From a virus (taxonomy: Duplodnaviria; Heunggongvirae; Uroviricota; Caudoviricetes): a stretch of DNA of 39,255 nucleotides. Below the pieces are notes generated by a model, which made no database searches, was not told the origin of the DNA, and saw only the letters and a list, made by a program, of their open reading frames with translations. The position numbers were made by a program, and so were the translations under genes. This document shows, piece after piece, positions 32,141-39,255 of the stretch (the stretch's first letter is position 1; each line of letters begins with the position of its first letter). Location: the IMG/VR virus record IMGVR_UViG_3300011008_000020. One strand, written 5' to 3'.

Positions 32141-32824
32141 CTAAGTCTTGATATACTTGCTCTTGGCATAGCCGGTCTTGCTGCTGTAGGTGATATTGAC
32201 CCAGCTACCGTCCGCGCTGTTGACCGTCACGCTCTTTCCGTTCTTGATCTTCTTCAAGACCTTGGAGCTGGACGACTTCTTCTGGTACATCTTCAAGCGG
32301 CTTCCGCTCGTCTTCACCTTGCCGCTCTTTGGGTAGCCGCTTCCGCCGCCACCGCCGCTCGTGCCTGTCGCAACCGCCTTCTTGATCGGGGTCACGTCCA
32401 GCTTGCGGACAATCGGCTCGACATACTGCTTGAGCTTGATGGTGTAGTAGAATGTGCCGGGGTCGCCGCCCTTCTCGTAGTAGTTCCAGCTTTCGATGCT
32501 GCAATAGAGGCTGATCTTCGGGTCGGTCACGGTAAACTTGACCGGCTTCTTGGTCGCCTTCCACGCCTCGATCTTGTCCACGTACTCCTGCGGGGTCATC
32601 GGCTTGGAAATGCTGCCCTGATGGTGGACGGCTGGAAAGTGGCACGACCACTCAAAAGTCTTGGCTGTCGGGTCTTGGATGATGGTCACTTCTCCAAGAC
32701 CCGAAACCGTCACGGATTCGTTGTTGCCGTCCGATGTGATGGTGATCTTCTCAGGAAGGACGGGGAATCTGAATTTGTCCTTGCCGGTGTCGTTGGACAT
32801 CCAGAACTGGCATTTAGAACTCAT
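32141..32824 (-). CDS. XkdP-like tail tube initiator with C-terminal SH3b-like domain
   Basis: FPVLPEKITI...GLGEV...F.WSCHFP...YTIKLKQY; C-terminal VKTSGSRLKMY...GSWVNITY..KTGYAKSKYI. Confidence 0.78.
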   Translation of the reverse strand: MSSKCQFWMSNDTGKDKFRFPVLPEKITITSDGNNESVTVSGLGEVTIIQDPTAKTFEWSCHFPAVHHQGSISKPMTPQEYVDKIEAWKATKKPVKFTVTDPKISLYCSIESWNYYEKGGDPGTFYYTIKLKQYVEPIVRKLDVTPIKKAVATGTSGGGGGSGYPKSGKVKTSGSRLKMYQKKSSSSKVLKKIKNGKSVTVNSADGSWVNITYSSKTGYAKSKYIKT

Positions 32825-35800
32825 AGGTTCCCTCACCTCCCGTGAAGATTTCCTCGGACAGAATCGCTTCGAGCTGTGGCTTGATCTGCTGGGAGATCAG
32901 CTCGATTGCCTTTTCCTTTGACAATCCGCCGACCTCTATCTTGCCGCTGCCCGTCACGTCGATCACGATGCGCCGCTCGCCGGAGGAGCCGGAAGCGTCG
33001 CTGTTGTTGTTCTGCGCCAGCCCCTCATAGGGCGACGCGGACGCCGCTGTGGGCGTCGGGGTGCTGACATTCGGGGTGAAGGCGTCGGAGACACCAGAGA
33101 CCATGTTCGACGCAGCGGACGCCGCCTTGTCGGCCATGCCCTCGATACCATTGATAAGGCCCTGACCCGTCATTTCGCCGACCCATTCCGTGAAGCGGGA
33201 GGGAGAATGGACTTCCATGCCGCTCTGGATGGTCTTTTTCAGTTCTGCGGCCATCTGCCTTGCTCTCGCAAGCAGCGACGAGAACATGCTGTTCATGCCG
33301 TTCAGCAGGCCGCGCATGATGTTCGCACCCGTGCTGGTCAGGTTGATGCTGGCGAAAGCCGAGCGGATGCCGTTGCCCGTCGTCCTTGCGGATGCGATGG
33401 CTGCGGCCCTGCCGGAGTTCATGCCGTTGGTGAGGGTTCGCAGCATGTTGGAACCCTGCGCGGTGAGGTTGACCGCCTGCGCGACGGCCCGGATGGCGAC
33501 GCCCGTGGCCGTCATCACGGCGATGGAGACCGGCGAGCCTGCTGTCATGCCTGCGGCGAAGGTTGCAATCGTGTTTGTCCCTTCGGCTTCCAAAGTGAGT
33601 GCGGCAGCTTCGGACTGTGTAGCGGCTGCGACAGCGGCAATCGCAGCCGCCGCGAAGGTGCTTGCATAGCCGCTCACATCTTCCTGCTGCAGGCCCATTC
33701 CGTAGCCCTGTGCGGCCTCTGCGCCTATCGGCATGAAGGCCGCTGCTGGTGAGCCAGAAGCCTGTGCGGAGCGAACAGCCTGCTCGGTTGCCGTGACAAC
33801 GGCAGATGCAGCGCCGGATGTGTCCTCGTTTTGGAGACCCTGCGTGTAGCCCTGCGCTGCCTCGCCGCCAGCCGTCTCAAAGCCGGAAGTTTCCATTTCG
33901 CTGGCAATTCCGTTCAGCGTACTCAAGGCGTCAGATGCCGCCTGATCGGCTGCGGTATTTACGCCGCCAAACATATTGGAGAAATCGACTGTCTGGCCGG
34001 TTGCTTGTTGAATGGTTTCACTCATGCTTGACAGTAGATCGTCTGCTGGGTTTTCAATTATAGTCGGCTCAACGCCTACTTCCACTGTTTCCCCGCTAAA
34101 CGTGCTGTCCATCATGTTCTGGATTTCATCGAATACGCCATATTTCTCAAACGCATCAACAAACTTCTGGCCTTGCCCCATGCCGTTGAATCTCTCAAAA
34201 ATGGCATCGACTGAAAACTCCTGCTGAATTTCTACAGGATCGCCGCCATTTTGCGTATACTCTACAAGCTTTTCATTTAGATCAGATACAAGCATTGCCG
34301 CTGCTTGTGCCAGTCGATCATTTTCAATTCCGAAATTTGTATTAAGAGTATAATTGAGTTCAACGTCAGGATGTAGCGTCTTATTGAGATTGGCACTTGC
34401 ATTTTCTGCCCATTTCAGCAGTGCAATCAACGCTCCGACACCAGCCGTTATAGCCAGTATATATGGATTTAATGCAGCAAAGATTGTTTTACCCGCGGCA
34501 AAGGCTTTAAAAAAGTTTGCTACATTCATAATTGCCGACGCAGTGAAGTAGGTCGCAATCGCGCCACCCAAACCCTCGAGAATCGGTTTCAGTGCTCCGG
34601 CGTCGTTGAGTGCGTCGATAGCTTTTGAGAGCCACTCCAGCCCGGTTGACATGGCCTGTACCGCAATGGATATCGCTTCAAACGCCGCTACTATAATGTT
34701 TGACGAACCTTCCGTGCTTTCCATGCCCTCAACGTTGCCGGTCAGTGCTGAAATACACTCCGTGACGATATTTTTTATGGATTCGGCAGCGCTTTTCACG
34801 CTCTCCCAAATCGTTCCTATTGTCCCATTGTCTTTCAGTGTCGTAATCGCATCAGTGACGTATGTTCCGATGGTTTCAGCAGTTTCCATTGCCGAGAGAA
34901 GGCCGCTTGACAAAGTGCCAATCACGCCACCTTCGCCGGTTTCGCTTTCCAGTGCGGATTTCAAATTCTCCCAAAGCTCAGAGGACGTAGTCTTGATTCC
35001 ATCCCATATACCAGACCAATCAATCGTCAAAAACCAAGCCTTAACAAGGGCAATCGCAACCGATGCAGCGGTCTTCAGTTTTTTCCACAATCCGATAAAA
35101 GTTGCGGTGACGGTTTTCCAGATGGAGTTCCAGTCTACCGTGCCGAACCACTCGACAACTTTGTCCTTCGCGTCGGATGCGACGGTCTTCATTTTTTCCC
35201 AAAGGTCAGATGCCGTATCGGTAATCTTGTTCCAAATCCCAGCCCAATCAATGCCCTTGAACCACGCCTTTACGCGAATCCACGCGAGGACGGCGACGGC
35301 TTTCATTCTGATCCATAGATCGGTGGCGGTGCTGGTGATCTTGTTCCATATTCCTCCCCAATCTATACGCTGGAACCATTCAACCACCTTATCCTTCGCG
35401 TCAGTGGCGGCGGTTTTCAGCTTTTCCCACAGGTCGGAGGCGGTTTCGGATATTCTGTTCCAGATGCCCGCCCAATCTATACGCTGGAACCATAACTTTA
35501 CGCGAATCCACGCGAGAACCGCGGCAAGCTTCATCTTGTTCCAAAGGTCTGTGGCAGTGCTGGAAATCTTGTTCCAAATCCCGGCCCAGTCGATACCCTT
35601 GAACCAATCAATGACTTTATCCTTCGCGTCGATGGCAGCGAACTTTAGGTTTTCGTAAGCCTCGCTCGCCGTGTTCTTGATACCGTCCCATATTCCAGCC
35701 CAATCCAATTCCGAAAGGCGACCCTTCAGGGAATCGAGCGCCCCCTTGATGCCGCCGAATAAACCGCCCTGCGCATATCCTTCGCCGAACGCGCTCTTCA

Positions 35801-37715
35801 TGCCGGAGAAGGTGGTCTTTGTCCAGTTGACGACGCTGCCAAGGCGCTTTTTGATTTGCATGATCTTGGTGCCGTCCAGGCCGAGCGCCTGTCCGACATA
35901 TCCGAGCGCCCCGGAGATATCGCCGTCGAACAAGTGTCTGACTGCGCCTTGCAGCTTGGCGGTAAAGTTGCTGATTGCGGCCTTTGTCTTTTTCGGGTCC
36001 AGGCCGAGCGCCTTGTAGAAGCGATCAGGGATTTTGTTGAATATCTTGGGAATCCGACGAAGCAGAGATTGGGACGCTGCCCTAAAGATGTTCATAATTG
36101 CTCCGGCCAGCTTTGGTCCGATATTGATGATCGCGCCGATCAGGGATTCCGCGATATCCAAAGCAGCCTCGGTAAACGTGTCCGCGTTGTTTCCGATGCC
36201 CTCGACGAGCGACACGATGATGTTTGTGCCGGCTGAGACGAGCGAGGGCACATAGCTCATAACGACGGTGATGGCGTCGCCAAGCACGTTTCCAAGCTCT
36301 TTTGCGAGGCCGGAGAATCCGCCTGCCTTGAAGGCTTCAATGAGGCGCTGCATATAGCCAGTGCCGGTCTGCACCAGATTACGCAGGGTGTCGCTCGTTG
36401 ACTTGAAGATTTCGATATATAAAGCCTCAACGGTAGACTTGAAAATATCGACATCGCCCTGCAGGTTGTCCAGCATGGTGCGATACATCTGCTCACACGC
36501 ACCAGCGCTGTCGTCGATCTTTTCAGTCAACTCGTCAAAGCGGGTGCCGGTGCCATTCAGGACGGAGTTCAGGCCCTCGAAGATCATAGCAGCAGTCTCG
36601 GCGTCGAGGCCGAAGTCCTGCATCATCTGGGCGGCGAACTGCTCCTGTGTCGCCAGCGGGTCGAAGGTCTTTGCCAACTCGCCCAAGTCGATTCCGTAGT
36701 CCGCGAGGGACTTGCCGGAATCGGCCAGCGAGGAATCGACGATGCTCGTGAGGGATTCAACCGAGTTCGCGGTCGCGGCCAGCATGGCGCGGGCAGCGGC
36801 AAGGTCGGTCTGCTTGAACAGGGTGCGGATTACGCTGTCAACTTCAGCTCCGCTCATGCCTTCCATATAGGCGTTGATGTCCTTGAACTGATCGCCCAAG
36901 CTGCGCATGTTGCCCGCCGCATCATAAGCGGAAAAGCCCATCTTCTTCATCAGCTTGGTAGCATCACTGTTCCTGCCCTGCTGCAAGGAGTTGATCATGT
37001 TGCGCAGGTGAGTACCGGCTTCGGAACCTTTGATACCGGCGTCAGCGAGGATGCCGAGGGATGCTGTCAATTCAGTGATGCCGCCTTTGAGGTTGGCAGC
37101 AGTACCGCCAACGGCCAATACAGCCTCGCCCAACTGTGCGACGGACGTGTTTGAGGAGGAGGCCGTCTTTGCCAGCTTGTCGGAAAATTCAGTGAGATTC
37201 TCCTGCGTGGCTTCGATCTGCAGGGCGCTCATGGCGTCGGTCAGCATATTGGAAGCAGATGCCAAGTCCATTGCGCCCGCACCGGCGAGGTACAGGACGG
37301 TAGGCAGCGCCGCCGCAGCCTTCTTGGCGTCGTAACCGGCCAGTGCGAGGTAATTCAGAGCGTCCGCTGCTTCCGTGGTGCTGAATGCCGTGGTCGCGCC
37401 CATGTGCTCGGCGGCAGCAGCAAGCGTCTCGTATGCTTTCGCTCCTGCCTCCGTACTCTTGTCAAGGCCCATCGTTGCCATGACCTGAGACATGCTTGCC
37501 TCATATGCCATACCGACGTTGACGGCCTTCTTCCCGAACGCGAGCAGCGCCGTACCGGCAGCAACTACCGCCGTGATGATGCCCTTCATGGCGACAGACC
37601 CGATCTTGCCGAGCTTCTGCATGACACCGCTGGTCTTGCTGCCAGCGTTACCGGCATTTGCCATGGCCTTGCTCAGATTGTCTTGGGCCGTGAAGATGGC
37701 GGTCAAGGTTGCCAC
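32814..37715 (-). CDS. tail tape measure protein
   Basis: 1633 aa, GTG start; TMP N-core (YEASMSQV.AT, TAFSTTEAADALNYLALAG, GIKGSEAGT) and Trp-periodic repeats. Confidence 0.95.
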   Translation of the reverse strand: MATLTAIFTAQDNLSKAMANAGNAGSKTSGVMQKLGKIGSVAMKGIITAVVAAGTALLAFGKKAVNVGMAYEASMSQVMATMGLDKSTEAGAKAYETLAAAAEHMGATTAFSTTEAADALNYLALAGYDAKKAAAALPTVLYLAGAGAMDLASASNMLTDAMSALQIEATQENLTEFSDKLAKTASSSNTSVAQLGEAVLAVGGTAANLKGGITELTASLGILADAGIKGSEAGTHLRNMINSLQQGRNSDATKLMKKMGFSAYDAAGNMRSLGDQFKDINAYMEGMSGAEVDSVIRTLFKQTDLAAARAMLAATANSVESLTSIVDSSLADSGKSLADYGIDLGELAKTFDPLATQEQFAAQMMQDFGLDAETAAMIFEGLNSVLNGTGTRFDELTEKIDDSAGACEQMYRTMLDNLQGDVDIFKSTVEALYIEIFKSTSDTLRNLVQTGTGYMQRLIEAFKAGGFSGLAKELGNVLGDAITVVMSYVPSLVSAGTNIIVSLVEGIGNNADTFTEAALDIAESLIGAIINIGPKLAGAIMNIFRAASQSLLRRIPKIFNKIPDRFYKALGLDPKKTKAAISNFTAKLQGAVRHLFDGDISGALGYVGQALGLDGTKIMQIKKRLGSVVNWTKTTFSGMKSAFGEGYAQGGLFGGIKGALDSLKGRLSELDWAGIWDGIKNTASEAYENLKFAAIDAKDKVIDWFKGIDWAGIWNKISSTATDLWNKMKLAAVLAWIRVKLWFQRIDWAGIWNRISETASDLWEKLKTAATDAKDKVVEWFQRIDWGGIWNKITSTATDLWIRMKAVAVLAWIRVKAWFKGIDWAGIWNKITDTASDLWEKMKTVASDAKDKVVEWFGTVDWNSIWKTVTATFIGLWKKLKTAASVAIALVKAWFLTIDWSGIWDGIKTTSSELWENLKSALESETGEGGVIGTLSSGLLSAMETAETIGTYVTDAITTLKDNGTIGTIWESVKSAAESIKNIVTECISALTGNVEGMESTEGSSNIIVAAFEAISIAVQAMSTGLEWLSKAIDALNDAGALKPILEGLGGAIATYFTASAIMNVANFFKAFAAGKTIFAALNPYILAITAGVGALIALLKWAENASANLNKTLHPDVELNYTLNTNFGIENDRLAQAAAMLVSDLNEKLVEYTQNGGDPVEIQQEFSVDAIFERFNGMGQGQKFVDAFEKYGVFDEIQNMMDSTFSGETVEVGVEPTIIENPADDLLSSMSETIQQATGQTVDFSNMFGGVNTAADQAASDALSTLNGIASEMETSGFETAGGEAAQGYTQGLQNEDTSGAASAVVTATEQAVRSAQASGSPAAAFMPIGAEAAQGYGMGLQQEDVSGYASTFAAAAIAAVAAATQSEAAALTLEAEGTNTIATFAAGMTAGSPVSIAVMTATGVAIRAVAQAVNLTAQGSNMLRTLTNGMNSGRAAAIASARTTGNGIRSAFASINLTSTGANIMRGLLNGMNSMFSSLLARARQMAAELKKTIQSGMEVHSPSRFTEWVGEMTGQGLINGIEGMADKAASAASNMVSGVSDAFTPNVSTPTPTAASASPYEGLAQNNNSDASGSSGERRIVIDVTGSGKIEVGGLSKEKAIELISQQIKPQLEAILSEEIFTGGEGTYEF
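34950..35708 (-). repeat. 38-aa (114-nt) repeats in the TMP, six full periods plus a partial
   Basis: xDWxGIW units start at 35708 and recur to 35024 (6 x 114 nt). Confidence 0.85.
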
Positions 37716-37773
37716 AGCGCATCGCTCCCTTCTGCAAAATTATGGGCCGCTCCGAGATGGGAGCAGCCCTTTG

Positions 37774-37977
37774 TCAGTGTTTCTTGAATCGGATTTTAGA
37801 CAGCGAGTGAACCATGATGTCGGTCATGTTCTGGGGCTGCTCGTTTGCCAGCAGCTCGCTCGCCACGTAGACGAGTTTCAGTTCATCGGACATCGCCAAG
37901 AACTCCTCCATGCGCAGGCCGCGCCGCTGCCAGAGCATGTGCGCCCACATGGAGTAGAACTCGCCGTCCTCGTCCAT
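37774..37977 (-). CDS. second tail assembly chaperone ORF (probable -1 frameshift extension)
   Basis: -1 frame relative to upstream chaperone; HMLWQRRGLRMEEFLAM..ELKLVYVAS. Confidence 0.75.
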   Translation of the reverse strand: MDEDGEFYSMWAHMLWQRRGLRMEEFLAMSDELKLVYVASELLANEQPQNMTDIMVHSLSKIRFKKH

Positions 37978-38444
37978 CAGTTTTTTGCGTCTTCGATGAT
38001 CTCGTCGCCGTCAGTGGTGATGCCGGACACTTCCTGAATCTGCTCGGTGATGTAGGTGTAGTCGTCCAGCTTGCTGAACAGCACATGCACCAGCTCAACG
38101 GCGTCGTTGCACTTGTAGTAACCGAGCAGCTCCTTGTCGTGCAGGTCAGGGAAAACGAGGCTCTGGGCGATCATCTGATCGTTCATCGCGTTGCCGTCGT
38201 ACTGATCGTCGTACACGGGGGAGCCGTTCTGGAACACGACCTTGTTCTTGGCGTCGCGCATCAGCCTCCGGGTGTGGCACGCCTTACGGATGCGGGACAG
38301 GTCGTTGGTGGTGATGGCCCGGATTTTCAGGGGGATGGGGTTGCCCTGATCGTCGGAAAAGGTCTTGATGCCGGGAATCTCGATGATTGGGGTCTCCTTG
38401 AGTTCTGCTTTCATAAAAGCCTTGATGCTGGTGACATTCGCCAT
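37977..38444 (-). CDS. tail assembly chaperone (XkdN-like)
   Basis: PLKIRAIT, SLVFPDL.DKEL..YY; lies between tube and TMP. Confidence 0.85.
   Translation of the reverse strand: MANVTSIKAFMKAELKETPIIEIPGIKTFSDDQGNPIPLKIRAITTNDLSRIRKACHTRRLMRDAKNKVVFQNGSPVYDDQYDGNAMNDQMIAQSLVFPDLHDKELLGYYKCNDAVELVHVLFSKLDDYTYITEQIQEVSGITTDGDEIIEDAKN
37980..37986 (-). other. -1 ribosomal frameshift slippery site A AAA AAC
   Basis: ...GCA AAA AAC TGA; a -1 slip gives ...A-K-K-L-M-D-E-D into the next ORF. Confidence 0.75.
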
Positions 38445-38551
38445 TTGCTTAACTCCTTTCCAATCTCGCGTTACGGTATTTTCGGGTGCTTTAGGGTAGC
38501 GGAGGAGCGCCTTGCAGCGCCCCTCCGATGTGTTTCGCGGGGCCGGGCCGG

Positions 38552-38980
38552 TTACACGATGTCGTGAGCGCCGAACTCGATCTCGTCCTGCAGCAGCTCG
38601 CCTTCGGCGTCCAGATTCAGCAGGGACAGGTCGCCGGTCAGCACGACGCCCTTCAAGGTGACCTTGATGTTGCCGTGCCGATCATAGTAGTCGCTGTTCT
38701 TGTCGTTCTGGATGCCGGTCAGGGTGAACTCCGGGGTCTCGCCGGTCTTGATGTACTTCTTGATGGCATCGAGCATCCACGGGGTGGTGCGATACTCGGT
38801 GATGGTGCCGGTGATGTCGTGTCCAATCCAGCGACGGGACATACCGCGCTCCTTGAGACCACGGCTCTCCGCGACCTCCGGGGTGTACACGGCCTCGACC
38901 TTCACGGCGTCGGCAACCATGTTGCCATCCAGATACAGGGAACCTTCACGCAGGGAGATTCTGCGCTTATTGACTGCCAT
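38552..38980 (-). CDS. tail tube protein (XkdM-like)
   Basis: ISLREGSLYLDG, ITGTIT.Y, EFTLTG...D..S. Confidence 0.9.
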   Translation of the reverse strand: MAVNKRRISLREGSLYLDGNMVADAVKVEAVYTPEVAESRGLKERGMSRRWIGHDITGTITEYRTTPWMLDAIKKYIKTGETPEFTLTGIQNDKNSDYYDRHGNIKVTLKGVVLTGDLSLLNLDAEGELLQDEIEFGAHDIV

Positions 38981-39056
38981 GTGCGTTTCCTCCTTTACGG
39001 ATAGTTAAGTGAAAGCCTCCGGCGCTGGGCCAGAGGCTTTGTGATGGTGCCGCCCC

Positions 39057-39255
39057 TTACAGGGTGGTGACGGAGAAGTACAGCTTCTCGGCGCTGTCCG
39101 TGGGGCGCAGGGCCACGTTGAAGTAGGTCTGGTCGCCCTCGCTGCGGCTGCGGTCAACGAGGAAGTCGTTCTCCGGGTCGTAGTCGTGAATCGCGCCTTC
39201 CTCCTGCAGGTCGGCGTGGATGCCGCGACCGATGCCCTCCATGACGTCCCAGCCG
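39057..39255 (-). CDS. C-terminus of tail sheath protein (XkdK-like), 5' truncated by window edge
   Basis: GWDVMEGIG...GAI..YDPENDFLVD...GDQTYFNVALRPTDSAEKLYFSV. Confidence 0.85.
   Translation of the reverse strand, partial: GWDVMEGIGRGIHADLQEEGAIHDYDPENDFLVDRSRSEGDQTYFNVALRPTDSAEKLYFSVTTL

Noticed and set aside
94-39008. Many long opposite-strand ORFs in the track (e.g. 94-1263 -, 8456-9550 +, 17884-19680 +, 25611-26864 +, 28966-30150 +, 31796-32845 +)
   Set aside because: They are shadows of real genes caused by strong GC3 bias. They have no RBS or recognisable motifs and lie antisense to well-supported CDSs.
37730-39040. Hairpins in late intergenic gaps (about 37745-37770, 38500-38527, 39012-39040; also about 24630-24655)
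   Set aside because: They are ordinary stem-loops between structural genes, probably tuning stoichiometry, and share no sequence motif.
1-39255. CRISPR array, tRNA or rRNA genes
   Set aside because: No regularly spaced identical repeats with unique spacers and no recognisable tRNA or rRNA sequence were seen. The repeats found are coding (TMP, 31-aa units) or explained by the DGR, IS and promoters.

Overview
This is a 39-kb segment of a high-GC tailed phage or prophage with a contractile tail (PBSX/Xkd-type tail module). The host is probably a Firmicute (Clostridia-like), inferred from sigmaA-type promoters, AGGAGG RBSs and the Xkd gene set. The + strand (1-16943) carries replication and early genes: a phage DnaN clamp, a tandem set of five related hypothetical genes, an HNH nuclease, a double-OB SSB, and three early operons of small orphan genes. 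Each of those operons starts at a near-identical sigmaA promoter whose -35 box is overlapped by a 13-8-13 palindrome. An IS481-like element (8313-9531) interrupts the first operon. It is flanked by an exact 26-bp direct repeat that regenerates the RBS and ATG of the interrupted ArdC-like gene. The - strand (17007-39255) carries late genes: sheath, tube, chaperones with a -1 slippery site, tape measure protein, baseplate, a seven-gene tail-fibre cluster, a complete diversity-generating retroelement and the lysis cassette. The DGR runs target/VR - hairpin - avd - TR - spacer - RT. Its TR and VR differ at 14 of 117 nt, and every difference is at a TR adenine. The two halves converge on a bidirectional terminator near 16966-17003. 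Family assignments come from motif recognition by eye; no database searches were run.
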